Origin: an uncultured Chloroflexia bacterium
Lineage (GTDB): Bacteria > Chloroflexota > Limnocylindria > Limnocylindrales > CSP1-4
Direction of reading: 5' to 3'
DNA: 64,000 nt
NCBI GenBank assembly: GCA_963821235.1
Contig: CAWGCS010000001.1
Location: 1,344,884 to 1,408,883, forward strand
Program-made: the position numbers and the translations under genes
Shown here: piece after piece, positions 39,710-53,340 of the stretch
How positions within the stretch are numbered: the stretch's first letter is position 1
How the letters are laid out: each line of letters starts with the position of its first letter
Notes under the pieces: generated by a model
What the model saw: the letters and a program-made list of their open reading frames with translations, nothing else
Told to the model about the DNA's origin: nothing
Databases searched by the model: none

Positions 39710-39949
39710 TCAGGCCGCCTGCTGGAGCCGGGCGCTGGAGGCGAGGCGGTGGGCCTCGTCGAAGGCGGAATGGAGGCCCGCGTAGTGGGGCCGACCGTCG
39801 GCGGCGATCCAGCCGCGCCGGGTCTCGGTGACGGTGGCGACGACGAACTCGCGGCGAGTCGGGCCGGCGTCGACCTGGACGGCGACGAACTCGCCGGACG
39901 AGAGGCGGGCCACGTCGGTTCGGAGGGCGATTCGATCGGCGGCGGTCAT
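39710..39949 (-). CDS. Small hypothetical protein (79 aa)
   Basis: ATG preceded by GGAGCC. MTAADRIALRTDVARLSSGEF.. has ordinary composition; it is the only plausible part of the long spurious ORF 39710..41728. Confidence 0.3.
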   Translation of the reverse strand: MTAADRIALRTDVARLSSGEFVAVQVDAGPTRREFVVATVTETRRGWIAADGRPHYAGLHSAFDEAHRLASSARLQQAA

Positions 39950-40162
39950 GGCGGTGGCTCCTGGGGAGGTGGTCGTGATCGGCTTGCACGGAGGATCCTC
40001 GCCGGGCCGCCGGCCCGCCGCCGTGGGCAGGCGTCGGCTCCGCGACCGTCCGTCCGGCCACCCGCGCCCTCGACGGATGTCCATGCGATCTGTCGTACAG
40101 TGCGCGGGCCCGGGAAGTCGGAGGTCGCTCGATCGACCGCGGCCTCGGGGGAGGGGGATGCC

Positions 40163-41074
40163 GTGGTTCGTCGGATCGCGTTGCTCGTCGTCGTGGGAAC
40201 GCTGGTCGCGGCCTGTTCCGGGGGCTCGGGCGGAGGCGGTGGCCCGGCGGCGTCGGAGGATGGCGGCGGCGGGTCGAATCCGGGCGCGACCCTTCCGGCG
40301 GACGACGGCTCCGGCGGTGGACCACCCGGCCGGCCGAGCGGGGCGAAGGTCCGCATCGTCAACGCCTACACCCCGCTGAACGGCGACCCGGGCCCGATCG
40401 ACATCTACGCCGAGTCGTGGGCCTCGGAGGGCGACCGGCCGCTCCTCTCCGTCCCCTACGGCACGGTCAGCGACTGGTTCGACCCGACGGTGGCCGACGA
40501 GCAGGGCGACATGTTCCTCTCCGCCTACTGGGCCGGCACGACCGGCAACGGCAACAGCCTCATCGACCAGACGGAGACCCTCACGGGTGGCGAGGCCATC
40601 ACCTTCTTCGTGGCCACCGGGAGCGAGCCCCAGGAGAGCGGCCGGCGATACGGTGCCATCCAGGCCTTCTACGGGCAGGCCGGCAACGGCGAGGCCCTCC
40701 AGAACACGCCAGCGCCCGGCAAGGCCCGGCTCGTCGTGACGGCCGTGGGGCTCGACAACGTGCTGGCCAACCCCGACGCGGCCACCTGGTACCTCTCCCT
40801 CGGGAGCGGCTGCACGAAGGGCGTGGGCGACGACGAGTTCACCCAGACGGCGCTCAGCCCGGGCGGGGGCGCCTCCTACGACGTCGACCCCGGCGCCTAC
40901 ACGGCCGCGATCCACGCGTACGGGAGGGACGACACGAGCATCCCGGACTGCTCGAATGCGGCGATCGTCGGCGACGTCCCGCTGACGCTGGCGGCGGACC
41001 GGACGACGGTCCTCTTCATCTTCGCGCCGAAGGACGGCGACCTGCGAACGCTGGTGGTGCCGCTCCAACCGTAG
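40163..41074 (+). CDS. DUF4397-like lipoprotein
   Basis: GTG start after GGGGGAGGGGGA. Lipobox LLVVVGTLVAACSGG. Gly-rich linker. VRIVNAYTPLNGDPGPIDIYAE pattern typical of DUF4397. Confidence 0.6.
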   Translation: MVRRIALLVVVGTLVAACSGGSGGGGGPAASEDGGGGSNPGATLPADDGSGGGPPGRPSGAKVRIVNAYTPLNGDPGPIDIYAESWASEGDRPLLSVPYGTVSDWFDPTVADEQGDMFLSAYWAGTTGNGNSLIDQTETLTGGEAITFFVATGSEPQESGRRYGAIQAFYGQAGNGEALQNTPAPGKARLVVTAVGLDNVLANPDAATWYLSLGSGCTKGVGDDEFTQTALSPGGGASYDVDPGAYTAAIHAYGRDDTSIPDCSNAAIVGDVPLTLAADRTTVLFIFAPKDGDLRTLVVPLQP

Positions 41075-41188
41075 GGGACCCCGGGCTGGGGTGCTCCCGC
41101 CCGACGTTGCGGGGCAGGCAACCGCACCTGACGGGGCCCGGGACGGGCCGATCATCGCCCGTGCACGCCCCGCTGGTATCGTGAGCAC

Positions 41189-42037
41189 GTGGAGCGCGTG
41201 ACGACGGAGGAGCACTCGGCGCCGCCCCGGCCGCTGCGTGCCCGTTGGCTCGGTCGGATCGCCTACCGTGACGCGTGGGCGCTCCAGCAGGCGCTCGCCG
41301 CCGTCCGCGCGGACGGCGCGCTGGAGGAGGACCAGCTGCTCCTGCTGGAGCACCACGCGGTCCTCACCCTGGGCCGCAACGCCAGCGAGGCGCACGTCCT
41401 GGCCCTGCCGGATCTCCTCCGCGAGCGGGGAATCGAGGTCATCCGCGTGGAGCGCGGCGGCGAGGTGACGTACCACGGCCCTGGCCAGCTGGTGGCCTAC
41501 CCGATCGTCGCCCTCGCTTCCCCCGGCGCGCGCGCCACGCGTCCTGCGCTCGGCGTCCGGCCGTTCGTGGAGGCCCTCGAGGGCGCCCTGGCCGACACGT
41601 GCGCCGCGGCCGGGGTCGTCGCCGGCCCCCGCCCCGGTCACCCCGGCTGCTGGGTCGATGCCGGAGGGCCGCTCCCGCGCAAGATCGGGGCCGTCGGGAT
41701 CCGTGTCGCCCGAGGGATCAGCTTCCACGGCATCGCCCTCAACGTGACGACGAACCTGGCCGACTTCGACCTCATCGACCCCTGCGGGATGCCCGGCCTC
41801 CGCTCGACCTCCATCGCCCGCGAGCGGGCGCTCGCCGCGATCCCCGGGGCGCTCCCCGCCGGGCCGCCGACGACCGCCAGCGTGGCGGCGGCAGCGGCCG
41901 TCTTCGCCCCGGCGCTGGCCCGGCGCCTGGGGTTCGAGCTGGTCGGTGCCCTGCCGCCCGCCGCCGAGCCCGCCCTCGAGCGGCGCGCGCTCGACGAGCT
42001 CGCCGGCGCCGCGACCGCGCTCGCAGGATCGCGCTGA
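41189..42037 (+). CDS. lipB: Lipoyl(octanoyl) transferase
   Basis: LLLLEHHAVLTLGRNASEAHV ... RGGEVTYHGPGQLVAYPIVAL ... KIGAVGIRVARGISFHGIALNV. Confidence 0.85.
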   Translation: MERVTTEEHSAPPRPLRARWLGRIAYRDAWALQQALAAVRADGALEEDQLLLLEHHAVLTLGRNASEAHVLALPDLLRERGIEVIRVERGGEVTYHGPGQLVAYPIVALASPGARATRPALGVRPFVEALEGALADTCAAAGVVAGPRPGHPGCWVDAGGPLPRKIGAVGIRVARGISFHGIALNVTTNLADFDLIDPCGMPGLRSTSIARERALAAIPGALPAGPPTTASVAAAAAVFAPALARRLGFELVGALPPAAEPALERRALDELAGAATALAGSR

Positions 42038-43065
42038 TGGCCGCCGGCCTCTTCGAGCTGCGGCGGGACGCGATCACCGGCTGGTGGGTGGCCACGCTCG
42101 TGGACCGCGAGTTCGACCGCGCCCGCTTCGTCACGACGGCGGAACCCGTCGACGACCATGGGGACTGCTTCAACTGCCGGCTGCCCGCCGGCGACGGCGT
42201 CCGGACCCGGATCCTGCGAGACTTCGCCTTCCGCACCGTCGGCACGGAGGCCGAGGCGCGGGAGATGGAGAAGAGCGTCGCCCAGATCGCCCTCTCGCAG
42301 GCGCGTGCCGCGGGAAGCTGGCGCACGATCGTGGCGCCCCCCGGCGAGCACCGCCCGCTCCACTCGGTGGGGACCGGGCTCATCACCGAGCTGCTGCGGG
42401 TCGCCCGCGACGCCGTCGCCGCCGCCGGCAGGAGCGGCCAGACGGCCTACCTCCAGGTGCTGCAGAACTGGGGCCGCCAGGCCGGCGCCCGCACCAACCA
42501 CCTCTGCCTCGACCTCTACGACCTCCCCCAGATCCCCCACGAGGTCGCGGAGGAGATCGGAGGCGCCGCCCGCTTCGTCATCCGCGAGAGCGAGTGCCCC
42601 TATTGCCGGGCGGTCCGCGTCGAGCGGGAGCGGGGGACCCGCTTCATCTGGGAGGACGCCGCGTCGATCGCCTTCGCCCCCTTCGCCTCCCGCTCGCCGT
42701 TCGAGGTCTGGCTCGTCCCCCGTCGCCACGAGGCCGACTTCGGCCATGCCGGCGACGCCGACATCGCCTCGACCGCGGAGGGCCTCCGGCAGGTCCTCGG
42801 CCGCCTGGACCTCCTCGGCGGGCCGCCCTACAACCTGGTCCTCCATACGGCGCCCGTGACCGGCCAGGTGGACGCCACGTACCACTGGCACTGGGAGATC
42901 CATCCGCGCCTCCGCGAGATCGCCGGCCTGGAGCTGGGCACCGGTCTCCCGGTCAACTCGGTGAGCCCCGAGGAGGCGGCCGACCAGCTGGTCCGCCGGC
43001 TGGGACGCCAGGAGCGCGACGAGGAGCGTCCGACCCAGCGCCCGGATCGACTCGGGGGCCGGTGA
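42037..43065 (+). CDS. Galactose-1-phosphate uridylyltransferase-like HIT-family nucleotidyltransferase
   Basis: CFNC zinc motif, CPYC, and the H-x-H-x-H-like HWHWEIHPR motif. Its start overlaps the lipB stop (TGATG). Confidence 0.6.
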   Translation: MAAGLFELRRDAITGWWVATLVDREFDRARFVTTAEPVDDHGDCFNCRLPAGDGVRTRILRDFAFRTVGTEAEAREMEKSVAQIALSQARAAGSWRTIVAPPGEHRPLHSVGTGLITELLRVARDAVAAAGRSGQTAYLQVLQNWGRQAGARTNHLCLDLYDLPQIPHEVAEEIGGAARFVIRESECPYCRAVRVERERGTRFIWEDAASIAFAPFASRSPFEVWLVPRRHEADFGHAGDADIASTAEGLRQVLGRLDLLGGPPYNLVLHTAPVTGQVDATYHWHWEIHPRLREIAGLELGTGLPVNSVSPEEAADQLVRRLGRQERDEERPTQRPDRLGGR

Positions 43066-43192
43066 TGGGCCGGCGTCACACGCTCGCCGCCTCCGTCGTC
43101 ATTCGGGCGGAGCGCGGGAACCCCCCGCGCCGTTCCGCTGCCCCGGAGGCTTCGTGCTCGTCGGACTTGCACTCGGCTGGCGGGCGCGCCCG

Positions 43193-43888
43193 ATGAACCC
43201 GGGCCACAACGTCCCGCCCCAGGAGCCGGACGACCTGCCGACCCCAGCCGACGCGCTCGACGGCCAGTCCGCATTCGACACCCGCGCCGAGGTGACCGCC
43301 CTGCCGGCGGACCCGATCGCCGCGCGCGCGTTCATCGAGGGCCTCTTCGCCCGCCACCGGGGCGAGATCTACGCCTACCTCCTGCGGATGCTGCGCGATC
43401 CGGAGCTGGCCGCTGACCTCGCCCAGGACGCCTTCGTCCGGGCCTACCGGGCCCACGCCGACCTCGACGACCCTGCGAAGGCGCGGGCCTGGCTCTACCA
43501 GATCGCCCACCGCGTGGCGCTCGACGAGATCCGCCGCCGCAAGATCATCCGCTTCGTCCCCTGGAGCGGCGAATCGCGCGGCTCCTCGCCCTCTGCCGAG
43601 CGCCTCGTCCTGGAGTCGCGCCTCTCCGGTGAGATGGAGCGCGCCCTGGGCCGGATCCCCGAGCGGCAGCGCTCGGCGCTGCTTCTCGCCGAGGTCCACG
43701 AGATGACCGGCCTGGAGCTGGCGGCGGCGCTGGGAACCTCGCACGTCGCCGCCCGCGCCCTCCTCACGCGAGCCCGCGAGAGCCTCCGGCGCGCCCTGGC
43801 CGGGGAGCGCGCGGAGACGGCGGAACGCGAGGCGGCCGCCGGGAGGTCGAGCCGGCCGGATCGCCCGTCCCGCGAGGCGCGGCGATGA
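43193..43888 (+). CDS. ECF sigma factor
   Basis: Region 2 LRDPELAADLAQDAFVRAYRAHADL and region 4 IPERQRSALLLAEVHEMTGLELAAALG. Confidence 0.8.
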   Translation: MNPGHNVPPQEPDDLPTPADALDGQSAFDTRAEVTALPADPIAARAFIEGLFARHRGEIYAYLLRMLRDPELAADLAQDAFVRAYRAHADLDDPAKARAWLYQIAHRVALDEIRRRKIIRFVPWSGESRGSSPSAERLVLESRLSGEMERALGRIPERQRSALLLAEVHEMTGLELAAALGTSHVAARALLTRARESLRRALAGERAETAEREAAAGRSSRPDRPSREARR

Positions 43889-45969
43889 GCGGGCTGCAGC
43901 GCGCCATGCGCCACCCCGACCGAATCAACGATCCCCACGACCGCGCCCGCCGGCTGGCCTCGGACGGCCTCCTCGGCCCGCTTGACGAGGGGGACGCCGG
44001 CTGGCTGGCGACCCACCTCGCGGCCTGCGTCCCGTGTCGCGCCACCGCCGACGCCTTCGCCGCCGATGCCGCGCTCCTGCGCGGGCTCCGGGCCGAGACG
44101 CCGGTCATGCCCCGCGACCTCGGCGCCCGCGTCTCGCAGGCTCTCGACCGGGAGGTCCGCCAGGCGGTCCGCCGGGCAGGCCCCAGCCGCACGTTCGGCG
44201 TGCGTGCTGGCAGCGTCGGGCGCGGGCCGGCGAGGCGCCCCAGCCCAGCCCTCGCCGGGCTGGCCCTGACGGCCATCATCGCCATCCTCGTCCTGCCCCT
44301 GGCCCTGCCGCTGGTGAACCCGCCGGCGGCCTCGCCGGGTGTCGCGAGCTTCGCGCCCGCGCCGACCCCGATCACGGTCGACAGCCAGCCGGTGGCCTGG
44401 GTGCGGCAGCTGCCCGACGGGACGTACGTCATCAGCAGCGCCGAGGTGAGCCAGGTCTGCGCCGGCATGGACGCCACCGCCTGCGGGACCCTCGACGGGG
44501 GAGCCCGGACGCTCGCCGCGCTCGACGTGCAGCCGTCGTCGGTGCTCCTGCCGCGCGACGGCAAGCCGGCGGTGATCGTCGGAGAGGGCGCCGTCTACGC
44601 GGTCATGGTGAACGTGGCGCTGCCCGTCACAAGCCCGGGGCCCGAAGCGTCTCCCGTTCCAACCAGCGAGCCTCTTCAATCGCCGGCGGCGTCGGGGGAG
44701 CTGGCTTCTCCTCCAGTCGGCTCTCCCGCGCCGTCGCGAGCTCCCGCCTCGCCGGAAGCCACGGAAGTGGCCACGACGGCCTCGCCCGCGGCCACCCTTC
44801 CCGTGGCCAGCCCCACCGCCAGCCCCGCCTCGACCGCGCTGGCGACGACGCCCGCCCTCCCCACGGAAGAGCCGTCGGCGGTGGTGGCCTCGGCGACGCC
44901 CGGCGACGGGTCCACGCCGGAGCCGCCGACCCCGCTTCCGACGCTCCCGCCCGCGACGCCCGCTCCCACGGCCGCCACGGCCCTGGCCATCGCCGAGGGC
45001 GTCGTGCTGACCGGGGCTTCCCCGGCCTACAGCCCCGACGGGACCTGGGTCGCCTTCTCGGCGCGGCCGGTGGACGGCACACAGGGCCCGGACATCTACG
45101 TCTGGCGCGTCGGCGACCCGAAGGCCAGCCCGGTGACGACCGACCACGCCTCCGTCTTCTCCGGCTGGCTGGACGGCTCGATCCTCGCCAGCGCCGCCCG
45201 CGTGGCGGGCTCCGACCCGACGAGCGTCGACGTCCCGCCGGCGGACGCGGACCCGGCGACCGTGATCGCCAGGTCCTACCTGGTGGACCCGGCGACCGGC
45301 GCGGTGACCGCGATCCCGCTCGACGGCGTCTGGCGGCCGCTCGTCGACCCGACCGACCGCGTTGCGGTCTTCTGGACGGGGACGCTGGCCTGGAGCGCCG
45401 CCGACCTTGCCTGGCTCCCGGCGACCGGCAACCTCATGACGGTCCCCTGGGGCGTCGTTCGCGATGCGTCGGCCAGCCCGCTGCCGGAGCTGCTGCCGAC
45501 CCCGACGCCCAACGCCACGCCGAGCCCGCTCGCCGACGAGAGCGCGACGCCGACCGCCATCGCGACCGCGAGCCCCAGCGCCGTCCCGACCGCCAGCCCC
45601 GATGGCAGCCCAGATGCCAGCTCGCTGCCCGTCGAGGCGGCCGCCGGCAATGTCGTCGACTGGGAGGTCAGGTTCGATCCCGCGGGCCGTCGCCTCGGGG
45701 TCTGGATCGCCGATCCGACGCAGCCTGGCGCGGGCCACCTCTCGCTCGTGGCCGTCGAGGAGGACGGCCGGCTCGGGCCGGTGGTCCTCGCCGATGCCGC
45801 CGCGCTGTCGGGCTTCTCGCTCGACGCCGACCGGCTTGCCTGGTCGACGCCGCCCGGGCAGAACGGCCAGGGCAGCCTGGTGGCGGTCTTCGCCTGGAAG
45901 GGCGACGCGGCCGGCCAGCTCTACAGCCTCCCCGAGCTCGGCAGCTCGCCCCTCCTGGTCGCCCGGTAG
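43885..45969 (+). CDS. Anti-sigma factor: ZAS-type zinc finger, TM segment, Pro/Thr/Ala-rich linker, TolB-like domain
   Basis: ATGA overlap with the sigma stop. [66 protein letters not shown]. 694 aa. Confidence 0.7.
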   Translation: MSGLQRAMRHPDRINDPHDRARRLASDGLLGPLDEGDAGWLATHLAACVPCRATADAFAADAALLRGLRAETPVMPRDLGARVSQALDREVRQAVRRAGPSRTFGVRAGSVGRGPARRPSPALAGLALTAIIAILVLPLALPLVNPPAASPGVASFAPAPTPITVDSQPVAWVRQLPDGTYVISSAEVSQVCAGMDATACGTLDGGARTLAALDVQPSSVLLPRDGKPAVIVGEGAVYAVMVNVALPVTSPGPEASPVPTSEPLQSPAASGELASPPVGSPAPSRAPASPEATEVATTASPAATLPVASPTASPASTALATTPALPTEEPSAVVASATPGDGSTPEPPTPLPTLPPATPAPTAATALAIAEGVVLTGASPAYSPDGTWVAFSARPVDGTQGPDIYVWRVGDPKASPVTTDHASVFSGWLDGSILASAARVAGSDPTSVDVPPADADPATVIARSYLVDPATGAVTAIPLDGVWRPLVDPTDRVAVFWTGTLAWSAADLAWLPATGNLMTVPWGVVRDASASPLPELLPTPTPNATPSPLADESATPTAIATASPSAVPTASPDGSPDASSLPVEAAAGNVVDWEVRFDPAGRRLGVWIADPTQPGAGHLSLVAVEEDGRLGPVVLADAAALSGFSLDADRLAWSTPPGQNGQGSLVAVFAWKGDAAGQLYSLPELGSSPLLVAR

Positions 45970-46069
45970 GCGGCCGCCGCTCCCGGCCCGCGCCTCCGCT
46001 CCCGGCCGCGTGCCCGACGGCCCGGCTCGCGCCCGCGTCGCGCGCTAGACTGCACGGGACCTTTAAGGA

Positions 46070-46087
46070 CCGGTCCCGCGAGGCCGG
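46070..46087 (+). promoter_or_regulatory. Candidate PyrR-binding hairpin in the pyrR leader
   Basis: CCGG-UCCCGCGAGG-CCGG: the loop resembles the PyrR box UCCAGAGAGG. An alternative stem GGGACC(46056-61)/GGUCCC(46072-77) overlaps it. It sits immediately 5' of the GGAAGGAGG Shine-Dalgarno. Confidence 0.35.
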
Positions 46088-46095
46088 GAAGGAGG

Positions 46096-46152
46096 ATGCA
46101 CGTGCCACGTCGCGGCGGGCGCACAGGGGCTGGCCCCGGGTCGGCCGCCTGA
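46096..46152 (+). CDS. Putative 18-aa leader peptide ORF (or 16 aa from GTG 46102) translationally coupled to pyrR
   Basis: ATG follows GGAAGGAGG. The ORF ends with a TGA that overlaps the pyrR ATG (TGATG). Confidence 0.3.
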   Translation: MHVPRRGGRTGAGPGSAA

Positions 46153-46697
46153 TGGACGCGCGCCAGATCATGACCGCGGACGAGATCCGGCGGGCCATCG
46201 TCCGCGTCTCCCACGAGGTCGTCGAGCGGCAGGCCGGGACCGACGGCCTCGTCATCGTAGGGATCCAGCGCCGCGGCGTCCCCCTCGCCCAGCGGATCGT
46301 GGCCGCGATCGCCGAGCACGAGGGCGTGACCCTTCCCGTCGGCGCCCTCGACATCACCTTCTACCGCGACGACCTCTCGCTCATCGCCCAGCAGCCGATC
46401 GTGAAGGGCACGGACATCCCGTTCGACCTCAACGGTCGCACGGTGGTCCTCGTCGACGACGTCCTCTATACGGGGCGGACGATCCGGGCCGCGATGGACG
46501 CCCTCGTCGACTTCGGGCGGCCGCAGGCGATCCGCCTCGCCGTGCTCGTGGACCGGGGCCACCGCGAGCTGCCGGTCCGGGCCGACCACGTCGGCAAGAA
46601 CGTGCCGACGTCGCGCGACGAGCTGGTCAAGGTCCACCTCGTCGAGGTCGACGGCGAGGACGCCGTCCGCATCGAGCGCCGCGAGGACCTGGCATGA
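46152..46697 (+). CDS. pyrR: Bifunctional pyrimidine operon regulator / uracil phosphoribosyltransferase
   Basis: 181 aa. The [25 protein letters not shown]-binding motif is characteristic of PyrR. Confidence 0.9.
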   Translation: MDARQIMTADEIRRAIVRVSHEVVERQAGTDGLVIVGIQRRGVPLAQRIVAAIAEHEGVTLPVGALDITFYRDDLSLIAQQPIVKGTDIPFDLNGRTVVLVDDVLYTGRTIRAAMDALVDFGRPQAIRLAVLVDRGHRELPVRADHVGKNVPTSRDELVKVHLVEVDGEDAVRIERREDLA

Positions 46698-47707
46698 GCG
46701 GGCCCACGCCGGAGGTCGCCTGGCAGCAGCGGCATCTCCTCGACGTGGACGTCCTCAGCGCGGGCGAGATCGCCCTGATCATGAAGACGACCGACGCGAT
46801 GAAGGAGGTCCTGGGCCGCCCGATCACCAAGGTGCCGGCCCTCCGCGGCCGGAACGTCACGATCATCTTCTACGAGGCCTCGACGCGGACGCGGGTCTCC
46901 TTCGAGGTCGCCGCCAAGAACCTGTCCGCCGACGTCGTCAACATCGCCGCGAGCGCCTCCTCGGTGACGAAGGGCGAGTCGCTGGTCGACACGATCCGCA
47001 CGATCGAGGCCCTCGGCGCCCAGATGATCGTCATGCGCCACGGCACGTCCGGGGCGCCGTACCTTGCCGCCGAGGTCTTCTCGGGCAGCGTCCTCAACGG
47101 CGGCGACGGCTGGCACGCCCACCCGTCCCAGGCGCTCCTCGACCTCTACACGATGCGGGCCCACCTCGGCGACCTGCGCGGCCGGAAGGTCGTGATCCTC
47201 GGCGACGTGCTCCACTCGCGGGTGGCCCGCAGCAACGTCTGGACCCTCACCGCGATGGGCGCCGACCTGTGGCTCTGCGGTCCGGCCCCCATCCTGCGCG
47301 GCTTCGACGCCTGGGCGGGCCGCTGGTCCAGCGGTCGGGGCCCGGTCGGGCACGGCGGCTTCACCGTGACCTCCGACGTCGACGCGGCCTTGAAGGATGC
47401 CGACGTGGTCATGGCCCTCCGCCTCCAGCGCGAGCGCATGGATGCCGGCCTCCTGCCCTCGCTGCGGGAGTACGCCGCCCGCTTCGGGTTGACGAGGGAG
47501 CGGCTGGCGGCAGCGAAGCCGGACGCCCTGGTCATGCATCCCGGCCCGATGAACGAGGGCGTCGAGATCGCCCCGGACGTGGCGGTCATGGACCGCAGCG
47601 TGATCACGGAGCAGGTGGCCAACGGGGTGGCGGTGCGGATGGCCCTCCTCTACCTCCTTGCCGGAGTCCATACGGGCGGGCACCCGGAGGACGCGATCGG
47701 TGGCTGA
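46694..47707 (+). CDS. pyrB: Aspartate carbamoyltransferase catalytic subunit
   Basis: FYEASTRTR and HPSQALLD motifs; ATGA overlap with pyrR. Confidence 0.9.
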   Translation: MSGPTPEVAWQQRHLLDVDVLSAGEIALIMKTTDAMKEVLGRPITKVPALRGRNVTIIFYEASTRTRVSFEVAAKNLSADVVNIAASASSVTKGESLVDTIRTIEALGAQMIVMRHGTSGAPYLAAEVFSGSVLNGGDGWHAHPSQALLDLYTMRAHLGDLRGRKVVILGDVLHSRVARSNVWTLTAMGADLWLCGPAPILRGFDAWAGRWSSGRGPVGHGGFTVTSDVDAALKDADVVMALRLQRERMDAGLLPSLREYAARFGLTRERLAAAKPDALVMHPGPMNEGVEIAPDVAVMDRSVITEQVANGVAVRMALLYLLAGVHTGGHPEDAIGG

Positions 47708-49145
47708 GGCGCGGCGGGCGGGCGAGATGCGGATCGGCCAGGCGGTCGAGCTCCTGGAGATCAGCCGGGCCTGGCTGGTGGATCCGGCGGCCGGCCGGGA
47801 GGGCCCCGGCGAGGTCGTCGTGCGGGACGGTGTCCTCGAGGCCGTGACGTGGCTGGAGGGTGCCGAGGCGAAGGGGATCGGCCCGGACGGGGTCGTGGTC
47901 GCCCCCGGGTTCCTCGACCTCCACGTCCACCTCCGCGAGCCCGGCAACGAGGACGCGGAGACGGTGGCCTCCGGCCTGGCCGCGGCCGCCCACGGCGGCT
48001 TCACGACCGTCTGCGCGATGCCGAACACGTCGCCGGCCGCCGACGAGCCGGGTGTCTTCACCCGCGTCCGGGCCGCCGCGGACGCTTCCGGGTCGCCGGT
48101 GGAGCTGCTCCTCCACGGGGCGGTCACCGTCGGGCGGGGAGGGGAGCGCCTGGCGGCGCTGGGCGAGCTGGCGGACGCCGGCGCTGTCGGCTTCTCCGAC
48201 GACGGCTCGCCGGTGAGGAGCCCCGTCATTCTCCGCAACGCGCTCCTCTATGCGGGGATGCTGGGCGTTCCGCTCGTCGAGCATGCCGAGGATCCGGCAT
48301 CGACGGCCGGCGCCGAGGCGCACGAGGGCTACGTCGCGACGGTCCTCGGGCTCAAGGGTTGGCCCGTCGCCGGCGAGGTGGCCGCGGTCGAGCGGGCCAT
48401 CGCCGTCCTCGGCGCCGTCCTGCCCGATTCCCCCGGGGCGCGCCTCCACCTCACCCATCTCTCCACGGCCGGCTCGCTGGAGGCCGTCCGCCGGGCGAAG
48501 GCGGCCGGGCTGCCCGTGACCTGCGACGTGACGCCGCATCACCTGGCCTTCACGGACGAGTGGGTCGCCGGCGCCCGCCGCTGGGCCTGGGAGGCGCTGG
48601 GCGCCGACGGGACGGCCCGCGACCCGTGGGCCGACGGGGCGCTGGTGGCGCACCCGTACGCGACCTCCTGCCGCGTCAACCCGCCGCTGCGAGCCGCCGA
48701 GGACGCGGCGGCCTGCCTGGCCGCCCTCGTCGACGGGACCGCCGACGCGGTGGCCACCGACCACGCCCCCCACACCCAGGTCGACAAGGAGGCCGAGTTC
48801 GGCCTGGCCGCGAACGGGATCAGCGGCGTCGAGACCGCCCTCGGCGTGCTCCTGGCGGCAGTCGGTGCGCGACGACTGACGCTCGGTCGCGCGGTCGAGG
48901 CGCTGGCGACTGGGCCCGCGGCGGTGCTCGGGGCACGCGCGGGGCGCCGTGACGGTGCGCGCGGACTGACCGAAGGGGCTCCGGCCGATCTCGTCGTCTT
49001 CGACGCCGGCGCGACCTGGACGGTGCGATCGGACACGCTCGCCTCACGCGGCAAGAACTCGCCGCTCCTGGGTCGCGAGCTGCCCGGTCGCGTGCTGCTG
49101 ACGGTCGCCAGCGGCCGCCTCGCCTATCGCGATCCTGAGGCGTAG
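47700..49145 (+). CDS. pyrC: Dihydroorotase; start is GTG at 47700 (overlapping the pyrB stop) or ATG at 47727
   Basis: VVAPGFLDLHVHLREPG and DHAPHT motifs. Confidence 0.85.
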   Translation: MAEARRAGEMRIGQAVELLEISRAWLVDPAAGREGPGEVVVRDGVLEAVTWLEGAEAKGIGPDGVVVAPGFLDLHVHLREPGNEDAETVASGLAAAAHGGFTTVCAMPNTSPAADEPGVFTRVRAAADASGSPVELLLHGAVTVGRGGERLAALGELADAGAVGFSDDGSPVRSPVILRNALLYAGMLGVPLVEHAEDPASTAGAEAHEGYVATVLGLKGWPVAGEVAAVERAIAVLGAVLPDSPGARLHLTHLSTAGSLEAVRRAKAAGLPVTCDVTPHHLAFTDEWVAGARRWAWEALGADGTARDPWADGALVAHPYATSCRVNPPLRAAEDAAACLAALVDGTADAVATDHAPHTQVDKEAEFGLAANGISGVETALGVLLAAVGARRLTLGRAVEALATGPAAVLGARAGRRDGARGLTEGAPADLVVFDAGATWTVRSDTLASRGKNSPLLGRELPGRVLLTVASGRLAYRDPEA

Positions 49146-49536
49146 CGGGGCATCGTCGCCGGGCGGGTCCGGCCGCCGAAGGGCGGGGGCCGCCTCCACG
49201 CATGGATCGCGAGCACGCGTTCCGACGTGGTCGCCGGCGAGACGAGACAGCCGCCCGTCGTCAATCCCCGTGGAACGACATGGCAGTACGATGCGGTGAC
49301 ACAGTTGCCGAAGGGGGCAGGTGGGGAGGCGCTTGGGACCGGTCGCCCTGACCATGCCGGATCCGCCGGCCGGAGGTGCCAGGTGAGCGAGCGCGACGAG
49401 GCGATGACGCAGCGCGGGAGCGAGGCGTACTGGCTGACCATCAACGTCGGGCCACCGCCGTCCGAGAAGCGACGGCGAGGCCTGGCGTGAGACCCGCAGA
49501 GAGCACAGGCTCGGCGGACCAAGGGGCGCCGCTGCC

Positions 49537-52416
<2,880 letters not shown>

Positions 52417-52420
<4 letters not shown>

Positions 52421-53340
52421 GGATCCTCATCGCCGACGATGACGTCACCTCCCGTCTCGTCCTGGAAGGCGTGCTGAAGAGACACGGCCACGAGGTGATC
52501 GCGACGGTCGACGGCACCGCCGCCCTGGAGGTGATGCTGGGACCCGATGCGCCCAGGCTGGCCATCCTCGACTGGATGATGCCCGGCCTCGCCGGCGTGG
52601 ACGTGTGCCGCCGCGTCCGCACCCTGCAGTCCGACCAGCCGCCCTACATCATCCTCCTGACCTCGAGAGGCGAGAAGGCGGACATCGTCGCCGGGTTGAA
52701 TGCCGGGGCCGACGACTACCTGGCCAAGCCCTTCGACGCGGGCGAGCTGCGCGCCAGGGTCGAGGTCGGCCGGCGCATGGTCGACCTGCAGGCGAGCTTG
52801 CGCGCGACGCGCGACCAGCTCAACCACGAGGCCACGCACGACCCGCTGACCGGTGCTCTCAACCGCCGGGCGTTCGCCGGCGTCCTTGCCCGCGAGCTGG
52901 CCGCCGAGCGCCGGCACGATCACGGGCTCGCCCTGGGCGTCTGCGACATCGACCAGTTCAAGGTCATCAACGACACGCTCGGCCACCAGGCCGGGGACGA
53001 GGTGCTGTGCGGCCTCGTTCATCTCATCGAGGGCACCCTGCGAGGACACGACGTCCTTGGCCGCCACGGCGGGGACGAGTTCGTGGTTCTCACCGATCAC
53101 GTCAGGGACGCCACCGCGATCCTTCCGTACGAGCGCACGCGCGCCCTGGTCGCGCAGACACCGATTCCGACGAAGGCGGGCGATGTCGCCATCACCATCA
53201 GCTTCGGGGTGAAGGTCTGGAGAGTGGGCGAGAGCCAGGACGAGCTCGTCGCCGCGGCCGACCGGGCCCTCTATCGGGCGAAGGAGGGTGGACGGGACTG
53301 CGTCCGCATGGCCGTCGATCCGCCCTCGCCGAGCACGTAG
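52417..53340 (+). CDS. Response regulator with receiver domain fused to a GGDEF diguanylate cyclase (PleD/WspR-like)
   Basis: GTG start overlaps the kinase stop (GTGA). REC MRILIADDD...LDWMMPGLAG. GGDEF with an intact active site RHGGDEFVVL. Confidence 0.85.

Noticed and set aside
39215-40162. Upstream 316 codons of the DUF4397 lipoprotein ORF, and the competing MPWFV... frame at 40158
   Set aside because: Only the GTG at 40163 gives a lipoprotein signal peptide after a Shine-Dalgarno; the other frame is low-complexity.
39357-40325. 320-aa N-terminal extension of the S8 peptidase ORF
   Set aside because: Extremely Arg/Pro-rich. The internal ATG at 39356 has a strong Shine-Dalgarno and a signal peptide.
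43495-45738. 747-aa minus-strand ORF
   Set aside because: Antisense to the anti-sigma factor gene.
44034-46151. Long plus-strand frame reading into pyrR (887-aa ORF)
   Set aside because: Only the last 182 codons (pyrR) are protein-like; the rest is a read-through alternative frame of the anti-sigma gene.
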